A stretch of 64,000 nt of DNA from a virus. The notes below the pieces were generated by a model, which did no database searches, was not told the origin of the DNA, and saw only the letters and a list, made by a program, of their open reading frames with translations. This document shows positions 52,301-62,300 of the stretch, in pieces; position 1 is the first letter of the stretch; each line of letters begins with the position of its first letter. The translations under genes and the position numbers were made by a program. The stretch spans positions 1 through 64,000 of the IMG/VR virus record IMGVR_UViG_3300022833_000005; one strand, written 5' to 3'.

Positions 52301-55300
52301 ATGATGGTGAATATATAGATATAGTTAATATACCATTTTCAATAATGAGCTTACAATCTGAAGTTCCATCTAAAGGATCGGCATTAGTTACTAGAGGATC
52401 TCAAGTGACAAAGTTGATTACCATGGATTACATGGATAATGGAGTTCCTTCTGATTTCTTTTCTGGTAAAGAAATTAGTGCTAGATATAAAGCTTGGCAT
52501 AAATTAACTGAGAAAGATAAAAAACAAAGATCTCCTTTATATAAAGAGATAGTTCACAATCAAGAATTATTAGTAGAATTAACCAATGAAGGATTTAGCA
52601 CAATGCTTGTCCGTCTAGGTATTATTGAAAAAGATGGAGAGTATATTGTAGAAGATTTTTCAGAAGCTACTAAAACATTACGTGATGAATTATTTAAAAG
52701 AGAAATTAATGATAACATAAGTGACGCACTAACTGGATTTTTAGATGGTAAGTCTGTATTAGAAGCTACTCCAGCGTATCAACAAATTAAAAATATACTA
52801 TATTCAATTGTAGATAAACAAATTGTTTCTCCAAAAATATCAGGAGGATTAAAAGTACAAATACCTTCTGCACTACTTGAATCAACTCGTACAGAAGAAA
52901 CTACAATTAATGGGAAGAAAGGTTACACATCTGATGTTCTTAAATTTTATGAGGATAAAGATGGAGAAAGGGTAATGGAGATAATGGTTGGACGATGGTT
53001 TAAAAGCCCAAAGTCTGATGCTGAATTATTAGAATATTTTAATAATACAAAAGAAGGTCAAAAAATATTATCTGGATTAGCTTTCCGTATACCAACACAA
53101 AAACAAAATTCTATTGATGCAATTAGAATTAAACAATTTTTACCAGAGGAGTTTGGTGATAATGTTGTTGTTCCTGCTGGAATAGTTGCTAAGGTGGGAT
53201 CAGATTTTGATATTGATAAATTATCTATTTACTTAAAGAATGTCTTTATGAATAAAGGTGATTTAAAACTTGTACCATTCTTTGGGTTTGGTCAACAAGC
53301 TAAAGATAAATTTGCTGCTATATTTGATCAAGGAGGTTTATTTACTAAAGAACAAAAACGTCAATTAGATTCTCTTGGTGCATTGAAAGCTTTTGAAGTG
53401 GAAGGATTGTTTGATACAGAAGAAGGAGAAACTTTTAAAGATTTACTTGGCCAGATGGGTATAGTTGATCAAGAAGACACACTGGTTACTTTTGTAAATG
53501 AGATGTCTGAAATAGGAGTAAAGGATGCAGTGGTAAATAGATTATATAAACAATCTTTAGAGAATGAATTTATTCAATCATCTGAGAATTTAGTAACTCA
53601 TCCATCAAACTTTCAGAGATTAATTACACCTAATTCTGCGGAGCAACTAAAAGCTCTTGGTAAATTTATTGCTGAAAAAACTACAGGTGGTACTTTTGAT
53701 TATACTGATGTGTCAAACATGTTAGATAGAAGGTTCATGGCTAGGCTTAGACATTCATTTGTTATAGGTAAACAAGCAATTGGTATTGCTGCAGTAAATC
53801 AAACTAATCATTCTTTAAATCAAAGATCTGCTGTATATGTAGATAAAGATAGAATGTCTAATGTTTCCATAGAAGATGCTGCATGGTTAACGGTAGGTAA
53901 TGGTGATGTTAATTTTGAAAAATTTAATACAATTAATATAGATGGAAGAAACCTTCCGTCATTATCAGGTGTAACTAATTCAGATGGTCAATTGATATCT
54001 GATATACTTGGTCAATTTATTGATGGTTATGTAGATATATCTAAAGGTCCTTGGATTATGGAACTTGGTGCTAAACCAAATGTTGCTGCCACATTTATGT
54101 TTTTAACAAAAATAGGAGTGCCAATTGATACAGTTTCATATTTCATGAATCAACCTATAATTCGTGAATACTTACAAGCAATTGAGAATAAAGGATATTC
54201 TTATTTGTTTATCCAGGATATAGTTAATGAAACATTAGAAGAGTATGATAATAGAGACACATCTGTTATAGAAAGAATCCCTACTAAAACTCTACTTAGA
54301 GGTAATGTAGGTAAAGAATCTTTTACTGCTAAAGAAAAGAACGAACAACAATTTATGTTATTAGAGTTCTTGAAGTATGCTAAAATGGCTAGTCAGTTAT
54401 TTGAAGTTACACAAGGAACAAACTTTGATACATCAAACTTTAATGATCCTTATTTAATATTTAAAAAAGGTGTACAGTTAGAAAGAGCAAAAAATACAAT
54501 AATATCTTCAGTTGATGAAATTCTTGAAAATTCTTTTATAGGAAACTTAGCTGGTAAATTAAACCAGAGTAGAGATGCAATGGCTAATTTTCTAGTATCA
54601 GATAGAGGTACAGTGAGAGAGATTATACAAAAAGTTTTATTACCATACACAGGTGGAAATATAAATAATAAAAAGTTTGTAGGTATAGCAAGAAAAGTAG
54701 TCAATGATTTATTTGATTATGTTGTACAAACAGACCAGAATTTTAATTTAGCTTTACAAAAAATGTTATTGAGTGACAAAGGTGTTGCTTCTCAATTAGT
54801 TACATTTCTTAATCAAGTTAAGAAAAATCCAAGACATCCTTTATTTCACAATCATGTAATTAATTTACTTGAAGTGAGAGCTCCCATTAGAGGTGGTGAT
54901 TCTCTTCCTACTAATATAACTCTTAAGAATACTGACAATAAAGTGTATGATCAAAATAGTATCATATATGGATTTCGTGAATTAAAAGAAGCATTAGAAG
55001 GTCAAAGTGATTTATATGATAATATAGTTACATTATCTATATTACAATCAGGATTAGGTAATTCACCTATATCTTTTACATCACTTCTTCCTTATGAAGA
55101 CTTTGAAAAAATATACAATAAATCCTTGTCTAAGATTGAGAATATTCCTAACTTGAACGAATTTTACACCATTGGTGTATTTGAGAGAAATAATTGGAGT
55201 AAAAGTGATATAGTCCCTAGTACCAGTCTGTTTTCAAAGTTTGATGATAGGAAACAAAAGTTTGTTTATCCTAGTATAGAATACCTTCCGTCAAATGTAA

Positions 55301-56373
55301 AAGCTGCTATAACTAAGGGTACTGTTCCACAAATTGCAACCCAATCAGTATCGAGTGGTCAAGTTAATGATGATTACAAAGTGATGAGTTGGAGTAAGGA
55401 TATTTCAAAATCAGCAAAAGCTGAAATGCGTAAAGCTGGAGATTATTCTTATATCAATAAAGGTTTGTTTAAAAAAGTATATCAATTAGATGGTACACCT
55501 TTAATTCATTCGTATGAAGATACCAAAGGTTTATTAAGGGAATACTTTGTATATAAAATGATAAATGCTTGGGGAGATAGTTTTAGAGCTCAAGAGTTTT
55601 ATACAGAAGCTAAAGAGTCTGTTATTGATAATGGGTTTATAAAAGTGCCAAATGAAGTTTCAGATGCTACAGTTGTAAGTTTATATTCAAAAGAGAAACA
55701 AAAAAAAGTTACTAAATCTAATAGTATAACAGTTGATCAAGCTAATAGTATAAATAATTTAAAAGATATAGAGCCTGCGTATAATCAATTTTCAAATTTT
55801 GATATACAATATGCAATTAATAGGCTAATACCTAATAGTGAAAATAAAAATGTATTGTTTCATGGAACTGGTTTTGAAAATAAAATAACTTCTTTCAAGA
55901 AAAATAAGATAGGTATCTTTGCAAGTGACTTTACTACTGCTGGAGAATATGCAAATTGGGATTCTACAAATAGAGTTAAGGATAACAATGATTCTTTAAG
56001 TAAACCACAAGTGATACCTGTTATTTTTAATTTACAGAATTCAGTTAAATTAGATAGTAAACCTTATGAAGATATTGCTAATGTGTCTAGTTCAAATAGT
56101 ATAATTTCTACAAACACAATAGATCCAATAAATGGTGGTACGCAATATATAGTTAAAGATCCTTCTCAAATAATAATATTAAATTCTGCAACAACAATAA
56201 GTAAGATAGCAGATATAATTAATAAGAAAAATAAAGTATCTTTACCTGCTTATAAAACTATTTCATTACGAGATAAAAAAACTTACAACGCTGAAGATGT
56301 AAATGCTAAAATGCTAGAAGCAATGGGATACAGCCCAGAGCATGCAGGTGCACTTCTTAAAAAATTATGTTAA
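43366..56373 (+). CDS. Giant virion-packaged DNA-dependent RNA polymerase (crAss-like, phi14:2 gp66 type), multidomain
   Basis: GSDFDIDKL catalytic motif (53203-53217), FRIPTQ, TDGGG, YVDISK; 4335 aa. Confidence 0.93.
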   Translation: MANNNLLEKAQKGKAIAKPLIPAPTQVSAPNPMVDEAYMQERYGNHSGSRQVTDLPSINYRSPNTSIDISDGGGSSALQDLLKFASGKDESGGGITRTLDEYAQNESGRYDFFMPGSFDNEDAAGQQQGFGSKMVNGIGKGLLLTGTTFLQGTVGLVNGTFQAINDGKFSSFYDNEFNRSLDEANKWSEDAMPNYYTAQESNANWYSPKYWATGNFLWDGVVKNMGFAAGAYFTGGVYTSALKALPYASRLFSVGKAAETLAATEAGLAGTNNVANAYGKIRKLSDTFLKDYKSLNLGGRVLVAGLSTTGEAGIEALHSSNEFRQKLIDKHIEQFGVTPVGDDLEAIDIATEGAGNATFFTNVALLTATNYIQFPKILGSSYKAEKGIINGLVREIDDIAYNAGKFTSVVSKYPKLSKLNKIRPYTFSISEAFEEVSQYSATVGTQDYYNKKYNGEATSWMESIGVGITTGAFSDEGAKNALIGGLSGALMLGRGKYKQSKAKTANTAKAIELLNKTSLSDFTKETINSVNRGTVLQQDREAALKIGDILNSKNIEADYIINYLTPRIKYGRFDLVKADITEYRNLAATEEGFAQLQSEGKALESDTKEAYIARLDRFEETANNTNSLWQSLNLRYSGQLGEDGKPTYTSDVMNKMLYAAAKVADFDVRIPELSGPLASAGIDTIGIVQSLIDGNVEAFNEAIVSIKGMDILADEKEILATQLEDLSEIALERKDFIKAYEDIKNNPKEYAEAPLSGTTGEAATHSSETIKVKTKQGEIEVELGTEYFVGKGVDYSKDPLDTPVTISQFVVEGVNEDGTLKIKTQDGNIKDVSPDVLENFKIGKVSTLENNKTANFFYNNRNDIFEFNFGKNFGGRRRGRLEYQDGKLYFVYLTPKGKVAKKELNNSHFIPQKDFKMPRVSKVGNVNSPQQQEAREQFLSPAEVAAQKATLAKNRDARLEVLSQLGQEATESLEEINKNLEKQTSELNKVKEDLENIEKMKVAGLNGPKIKLNFSKATKVFTQALNKLTKLQNIIEADIADLNNQKEELELNIAYFQDFTNEISDLPEDSDEFLQELKDQVSLLVDNGKNLNNALSAANKLAKGVDKAIKDVTKLFRKTLKGAYIVDQDYSQYLSELLDLVAAGENLAVNWPLLKIEMANFALTSDLSKDATVNDNSLINAIDSVKKLTKDLADMRAEYKARKIITDRFQKIMNEYKAQVSQEEKLTNNNKLVNQLLSTADNGPVIDSSNSVAFEAESKKSNEIIPRATVPVDEDKAHQVRANLFGLNLNSFSNRDSIRGIFVTANTQDQLLPGVIERMLDNNAELIEKFKDGMIIMVMIDESGALVGVDGKPIPKESILLDNAIYQTMPSQSLTSGGMFRESTTQEVKDSVIEQYKAWQKETLSQTTLGIPQEIDASFGSTESNQNNTTSAQDAGLITEDDLEIQDLIYIPTTNKAASKGTVAFNSPFGSVFLELPNGYVKLKNRIHTKAEATAIYDSVLQLAKNMLDVSSGGINSDSSVRILSFLRGVVYWGIPKDQQGNRKETGNNSVFFEKDKATGSLMLVLSKDGTTFKFTPSQLEKNKVLIINKLEQMYNNATGSKSKDINKKFEQIISISIDGEFKSVTWLNYQSYLLSNKNPDGSQREGYQVPLSTTINPEEEGKVNRKGIYFYTTNTADDFIIPEPKAVVKPIVPKVLLPKGAPTVASTDTEFEFTVGGAPTGKWKLDGVSVNTYVSPDGKQIMFTASADTNMDNYTETISILKGGDLDAVIKTITDAGKDFKQILKQTVYNAIASELTVDASQAAYIEAITPAPEVIAQDSEFEFTVVEQSAQDQIDALEDQINNMMSDINSEDLRIAIESEADRIKPENWNKVEAFLKKNFPNLPVYRVKNIIQATNGRQAWGMFKDGAIYVYENAETGTAYHEVFEAVWKMFTDVKEQGSVINEFKSRQGTFVDRPTGKTIKYSDATAAEIKEELAEEFRDYIQDKKIPGKSKGGSFISRLFADLKNFISKFLLGKDAQSKTEELFSKIGNGYYKKHMPYATKLSMAKEGIISIDDAFATSESEFRLKTLSDRQSADVNDEMTFLLINSLIKTDRSLFNIPSLSSTEVYDNLKVGVLTTIRKKEIAINKLLKNGTDLPVGTLLSMVEQNQQLERDVVSDWTRLVERHKEYIRSFEITFDEADNVQLGEENKIKESNKFDATKIDSFKKSNVAIRLLLASNPTYSENGKPVLSSINGRKLMPVSKTFITLMNRLHKSTSIEDMMSKLGSMAMEDPAYKTLYKRITKTDATPGAVDLSKIDTTYGASLLSGMWKTFKKQNPDVKNVFIFDNGEVAVGDAALSSAANQLRSEYINSIATLAKAGKGFFTYDVKQNAYFVSKKKLGAAPTNTYTEMVSFLAQMGIPFTVAEVKRLKGSNQRVFFNAVNGIKRSLAISGKITSLSKKTLDINKRLLELGILKTAIANPEFSSTYFNVSGERTQSFIGTNAASDLHNALSSIQNLSELAGTQYEYILTDSFSKGSNIINRMFTSSGQRKPDIDLFNVAYAGGTINEAKGQQKSSANLTFTQRLAQELNMNLSGQYLNLIPGDASIEWMLNMGNPIHANDFSRGFTDVHDIFKGYFLSEFELSKEDRSIANVKNRETKDLRFFKGILGDSLHADVITTEGTAEEVYIMFETKIKEATEQFIKKDVGRYIKYLQAYGVLSNIDGTYTFKNVDLAADMDANQMIRQLTAINVNYMIANIEMHKLLYSDPYQYKDELKRTKSFNSPRQAIVSNSPKMNVAFNNVWNEGFKKGDVGYTNFTQDYFRTTTHKDVIGIVDLPGYGSYEETDGGGIISQKSYREFRIRASDWNENEELQYRYDVAFEKRDKKIKLSKSEIEILKNKNPAIKSAYTSLKPIVSGSKLGKDGNSSKFNNVVLDKYALYPLSYRILKELNADSNALKLYNKMQNEDVDYIVFDSGRKVGAETSHDTYNKDGSFNDGEYIDIVNIPFSIMSLQSEVPSKGSALVTRGSQVTKLITMDYMDNGVPSDFFSGKEISARYKAWHKLTEKDKKQRSPLYKEIVHNQELLVELTNEGFSTMLVRLGIIEKDGEYIVEDFSEATKTLRDELFKREINDNISDALTGFLDGKSVLEATPAYQQIKNILYSIVDKQIVSPKISGGLKVQIPSALLESTRTEETTINGKKGYTSDVLKFYEDKDGERVMEIMVGRWFKSPKSDAELLEYFNNTKEGQKILSGLAFRIPTQKQNSIDAIRIKQFLPEEFGDNVVVPAGIVAKVGSDFDIDKLSIYLKNVFMNKGDLKLVPFFGFGQQAKDKFAAIFDQGGLFTKEQKRQLDSLGALKAFEVEGLFDTEEGETFKDLLGQMGIVDQEDTLVTFVNEMSEIGVKDAVVNRLYKQSLENEFIQSSENLVTHPSNFQRLITPNSAEQLKALGKFIAEKTTGGTFDYTDVSNMLDRRFMARLRHSFVIGKQAIGIAAVNQTNHSLNQRSAVYVDKDRMSNVSIEDAAWLTVGNGDVNFEKFNTINIDGRNLPSLSGVTNSDGQLISDILGQFIDGYVDISKGPWIMELGAKPNVAATFMFLTKIGVPIDTVSYFMNQPIIREYLQAIENKGYSYLFIQDIVNETLEEYDNRDTSVIERIPTKTLLRGNVGKESFTAKEKNEQQFMLLEFLKYAKMASQLFEVTQGTNFDTSNFNDPYLIFKKGVQLERAKNTIISSVDEILENSFIGNLAGKLNQSRDAMANFLVSDRGTVREIIQKVLLPYTGGNINNKKFVGIARKVVNDLFDYVVQTDQNFNLALQKMLLSDKGVASQLVTFLNQVKKNPRHPLFHNHVINLLEVRAPIRGGDSLPTNITLKNTDNKVYDQNSIIYGFRELKEALEGQSDLYDNIVTLSILQSGLGNSPISFTSLLPYEDFEKIYNKSLSKIENIPNLNEFYTIGVFERNNWSKSDIVPSTSLFSKFDDRKQKFVYPSIEYLPSNVKAAITKGTVPQIATQSVSSGQVNDDYKVMSWSKDISKSAKAEMRKAGDYSYINKGLFKKVYQLDGTPLIHSYEDTKGLLREYFVYKMINAWGDSFRAQEFYTEAKESVIDNGFIKVPNEVSDATVVSLYSKEKQKKVTKSNSITVDQANSINNLKDIEPAYNQFSNFDIQYAINRLIPNSENKNVLFHGTGFENKITSFKKNKIGIFASDFTTAGEYANWDSTNRVKDNNDSLSKPQVIPVIFNLQNSVKLDSKPYEDIANVSSSNSIISTNTIDPINGGTQYIVKDPSQIIILNSATTISKIADIINKKNKVSLPAYKTISLRDKKTYNAEDVNAKMLEAMGYSPEHAGALLKKLC

Positions 56374-56374
56374 T

Positions 56375-59300
56375 ATGGCTACATGTCCAAATAAAAATTT
56401 AGAGTCTTGGAAATTACTTATATCATCAAGAGGTGATGATATGGCTTATTACCTATGGGATAAATACGATGGTGAAGTTCCTAATGCTGAGATGACTCCT
56501 GCTATTGTAAAGTTTAATTTAAAAGCATTAGATATTCTTAATTCTGATAAAGCTATACAAGTTTTTGAAAAAGGTAAGAAGAATGGTTGGGATATTAATA
56601 AGATCTTAACAGAGCTTCAAGTACCTAAAGAGCAAAAGCAGATTATACTATCTAAAAATATATCAACTAGAGAGGAAATCATAACATCTCTATTAGCTGA
56701 AAATAGTTTTACTGTTGAGGTTAATGTAGGAGTAGATGGGAATAAGTTTAAAAGTGATGTGTCACCTGAAAATATAAAAAGTATTAGTTTAGAAGAATAC
56801 AATTCTATAAAAGTAGAAGAGATTGAAAACGGAACTAATAAATTAAAACCTGTTAAAAATGGAATGTACTTTAAAAATAAAAAAGGAGATACTTTTTTTG
56901 AACCAACAGTTGTAGAAAATAGTTCTTTTTACCGAGATTTAACAGTTCCAGGTGGTGCTAATTATACAGAAAATGAAATATCTACACCTGCTATTACACC
57001 TAATATTAAAAGTCATGCACAATTTAGTACAGATAATGGTATAGGGTGGTTTAGAAGTGATGAACAACTTAATGATTTAACAGATGAAACTAAATTTAGA
57101 CCTGTTTATTCTTTAGATAAAATAGTTAGTTATATAGAAATTTCAACAGGATTAGAATATAATAAAAATAGTAAAAAACAAAATACACGTAGAATTTTAG
57201 AAGTACAATCTGATTTATTTCAGAAAGGTAGAGATAAAAAATCTTTAGTAAATAGTATGCCAGAAAAAGGAAACTATAAAATGTTTAAATATGGTGATTT
57301 TAATTATTTTACTGTAGATAATAAATTTTTTAAACAACCTTTAGAAGATAAAAATGATCCCTATGGTGTACCTAAAGAAATTGAAATTAATAAATCTGAA
57401 TATGATTTAGTAGTAAACAAAGAAATTAAAGAAAACAATTTTCTTCAACTACTAAACAAAAAAGGTAATTGGGTAAACTTCTTTATACAATCTATAGTAC
57501 AAGATAGTGTTAAAAAAGGTTATGAGAAAGTATTATTTCCTACAGGTGAAACTGCTGCTAAGGTGGAAGGGCATCAAACTTTAGTTGAAGATATTGCTAA
57601 ATGGGATAAAATTATAAATAAAGATTACAAAACTTGGAAATTAGAAGCTATAGATAATAATTTAGATGAAATTAACGAAAATGTTTGGAAAGGTAATATT
57701 ATATATGCTAAAAATAAAAAAGAAGAATTAAAAACACAAGGTATAGAAAAACTTAAACCTATTGAAGCTTTTTATACCAATACAGTTACTAATATACTTA
57801 ATAAGTTATATGATGTAAATGAAATAACTGATGAGCATGGTAACACTTGGAATGAAGTGACATTAGATCAAAGTTCTGTACAAGGGCAAAATATCTTATT
57901 ACAAAAAGAAAACCAATCTTCAAATAAAACTAAAGCATCTCAAGAAATTTTAAGTAAAGTTAAATTAATTATTAAGAGAATGGGAATAGATATTCAAACA
58001 ATGATTGAATATTCTAAAAATAATCCTAATGTTGATGTAACAAATGTTAATGGTTTAGCTGATTTAATTAATGGTATCATTGCTATATCTGAAGGTAAAG
58101 AAGACATTGCTCTTACAGAAGAGATGGTTCATATTGCTACAGCAATAATAGAGCAGAAAAATCCAAAATTGATTACAGAAATGATATCTAAAGTGGATAG
58201 GTTTAAAGTGTATAAAGAAACCTTTGAACAATATAAAGACATAGCTGCATATCAATTACCTAATGGTAAGCCAAACATTCGTAAAATAAAAAAAGAAGCT
58301 GTAGATAAACTTATAGCTGATCTTATTATTAATGATGGTCAATCTTTTTCAGAACTTACAGAAGAAGAAAACAGATCTATCATAAGAAGAATGTGGGATG
58401 CAATTACAGATTGGTTTAGAGGACAACATAAAGCTAGTAATATAGATTTATTTCAAGAAAGTGCTACTAGAATTATACTAGGTAATTTTGAAGGGAATGT
58501 ATTAGATTTAACTAGTAAAGAAGTTTACTATCAAGCTACAGATGCTCAGAAAAAATTACAACAAAAAATAATAGAGACCAGAGAAAGCTTAAGAAAAATA
58601 GAATCTAAAGAACCTATCAATCCTTTATTAATGGATGAAGAAGGTGCTACTAGTTACTATGAAGTGTTAGTTGATGGTGAATATCAAAGAGTTACTAAGA
58701 GGGTAACTGATAGAGTTAAAGCTTGGTACACACAAAGGTTTGGAAAAAATAAAGATTGGACTGCTCAAGAAAAAAGAGATAATGAAGTTAAACGACAATT
58801 AGGAGTTGATTTTCATAATTATTTTGAGGAGATACATGATAGATTTTTCAATACTGATGGTACAAGAAGAGAAAACTTTGGCCCACGTCCTAATATTCAA
58901 GATGCTACTAAAGATGCAGTGTATACTAAACTAGAAAAGTATTATGTAGATTTAATTTCTCAATTTTCTAGAGATGGAAAAAATCCATTAGTGTTTTCTG
59001 AAGTGATGGTGTATGATCCTAAACTTAAAGAGGCAGGTACAATTGATCTTCTTATCGTAGATCAAGATGGTACATCTCATATATATGATTGGAAGTTTAT
59101 GAGTGTTGCCCAGGGTGCTGAAGATGTTGCTTGGTATAAACAAGGAGCATATAATGTACAACTTGGTAGATACAAAGACATATTAAGATCAGCTTATGGT
59201 GTAAAACAAATAGGAAAGAATAGAGCTGTTCCTATTATAATGGATTTACAAAGAGAAAATCCAAAAGACTTAAAAACTAATTTAAAAATTAAAGGAATTA

Positions 59301-62300
59301 AAATTGGTTCTGTAAACCCTAAAGAGATTCAAGATCTTAAACTTGTTCCAGTATCAGAAGAATCAGAATCTACAGGAATTAAAAAATTAGATGAGTTACT
59401 AGTAAAACTAAATGGTGTATATAAACAAATTACTAAAGATAAACCAATCACTGAAGAAGATAAAACTTTTAAAAGAGAGCGTTTAAATATTCTTAAGAAA
59501 GCTATTCGTACAGCACAGAGTACATTAAATATTGCTCCATTAGTTGATGTAATTAGAGTGATGAGGAAAGAAGGAGAGAATATAATTTCTGAATATAAAA
59601 CTACATATGAAGGAAGACCTGCTACATCAGAAGATTTTAACGATGAGCAACTATCAGATTTTGCAGATAATATAAGAGAGTATGGTGATTTAGCTTCAGT
59701 GTTTCAAGATATAAACATTGACTTAAAGGATTTAATTGAAGAAAAAGAAATTCTTGATTTAATACGTGCTGAGGCAGAAGCAATTAAAATATCCCTATAT
59801 GAAATTAAAGAAATAGCTGGGGAATTTGCAGATAAATTTATTGGTGAGAAAAATCTTGTGACTGGTTTAACTAAACCTGAAAAAGTAGTAAAAGGTTTAA
59901 GTTCTTTATTTAGAGGATTATCAGATTTACCACTAGCATCATTAAAACTTTTATACAAACTTGCTAATCGTGCAATGGGCTTTGCTAATGAAGATGCATT
60001 ACAAGAAGTGAATGACCTTCTCGCAATAAGAGATAAACTAAAAGCTAGAGGTGGAGATTTAAGAAAAACTGTACAGCAAATTTATCAAAAATCTAGTGAA
60101 GGTGGATTAGTAAATAAATTAATATACAGATATAAAAGAGAATTCTTCCAAGAGGTTGATGCAAATGCTGAAGAGGGAAGAAGAAGTAGACAGTGGTTAA
60201 AAGATAATGTTGATTTAAAAGGATATTCAATTGAAGCTTCTAAAATATTAAAAGAAAGACTTTCAAAAATTAATAAAACTTATGATGACGGTGAATTAAA
60301 AGAAAAACTTTTATTAGATGAAATGAGAAAGTGGGATGTTTCTCGAAAAGATTTTAATGGTTTTAATAATTATGTAATCAAAAGACACCCTTTATTAAAA
60401 TGGGAATCTACTGAATATATTAATCTTGCAAAAGATCCAGAGTTATTTGAATTATATAATTATATAACTAAGATAAATAAAAAAGCACAGTCTGTAGGAT
60501 ATATAGAAAATAAAGTGCAATCTACATTTTTACCATTTGTAAGAAAGACTATGGCTGAAAGTTTAGCTTGGGATTTTAGTTTAAGTTCAATAAGTAATTT
60601 TAGTGATAACTTATCAGTAAGAACTTCAGATGTAGGATATGGGAATATTAATGAAGTTACTGGAGAGGTAGAAAATAGTATACCAAAATATTACACTTCA
60701 GATTTTACCAAGGGAGAAGATGGTGTAAATGATTATTCTGATGTAAGTGAAGATATATTTAAGAACATGATAATGTACATTAACCATATGGAGAAGTACA
60801 AATACATGTCTGAAATAGAAGGTCAAATAAAATTAGTTCGTTCAATAGAAACATTCAAAGATCATTTACAAACTTCAAAATTTAGTAAGGTTGTAATGGA
60901 TAGTAATGGTAAACCTATTATTGAAAAAGGAAATGCTGACAATGTAAAAATATTTGATTCATTTTTACAAACTGTTATATATGGTCAAAAATACACTGCT
61001 GATAATACAGATATTGCATTAGGTGATGGTTTACTTACTAGTATTAAAAAAGGTATCAATTCTGTTGCAGGTAAAGAAGTATATAAAATTGGGGATAAAC
61101 CTGGAAGTCTATCTCTAATTAAAACTATTGATGCGATGAATAGGGCCTTTCAATTAAAGACTTTAGGATTTGAATTTATATCAGGTGCTGTAAATATATT
61201 TGGTGGTAACATACAAGTTGCTACTCAGGCAGGAAACTACTTTAAAGCAAGAGAGTTTGCTAAAAATGAAATGATGTTAGTTGGTAATCGATTTAAGAAC
61301 GATGATGAACGAAGTATGTTTATTCAACTTATTGATAAATTCATGCCATTAAAAGATGATCCTACTTATGAGAAGATGAAAGCTGCAGGAATGTCTAAAC
61401 TTACTCAGCAAAACTTTTCTGATATGTTATTTGTATTCTTTAGAGAACCTGAACAACATTTAGAAAAAACAATATTCTACACATTGTTAGATAATATGAT
61501 GGTTGAAGATGGTAAGGTTGTTAGTATTAGGGAGTTTGTAAAGAATAAATATAAAGATAGGTATAGTTCTGCAAGTAATTTTAGAGATTCTAAACAATCT
61601 ATAGATGCAGAAATAGAGTCACTTAAAAAAACAAGATCTATAAATTCTACTAAAAAATTAGTAGATGGTGAATTAGTTATACCAGGATTAGATTTAAGTA
61701 ATAGAGAAGAGTTACAGCGTCTAACTAATTTATCAAGAAGTATTTCTAGAAATGCTACAGGTAACATGACAGATTTTGATACTAGTAGAATGAACATGAG
61801 TGTTTGGACTAGATCTATGATGGTGTTTAAAGGTTGGATTCCTAAACTTTTAGATACTAGATTTGGAGAATTTAGAAAGATAGCTGATGATTTCTCTGTA
61901 GAAATTGGAGAAGATGGAATGACTACTGGAGATAAATATGATGTTGGTAGAGTTAGGTTATTTGGATCCTTTTTAAGTTTAAATATTGCTAAAACAGTTA
62001 AAGAAATAAATGATGTACTTATTGTAAATGATTCTGGTATTCTTAAATTAGATGAAATGTATGCACAATATGCACAATCTTATTTTGAAAGAACAGGTGA
62101 TGAGTTACAAATGACTGCAGAAGATTTCAATGACTTAATAAGAAACAATTTACGTAATCAACTTAAAGAACTTGCAATTCTTATGTCATTATTTGGAGCC
62201 ACCTTAGCTTTAGGGTTTATGGAACCAGAAGATGATGAAGATAAAGCACATAAAAACTTTTATAGATTTGCACAAAGAGTTGTAGATAAATTTACAAGTG

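Noticed and set aside
10316-56373. Introns or inteins in terminase, MCP or RNAP
   Set aside because: ORFs are continuous and no intein splice motifs or embedded endonuclease domains were recognised
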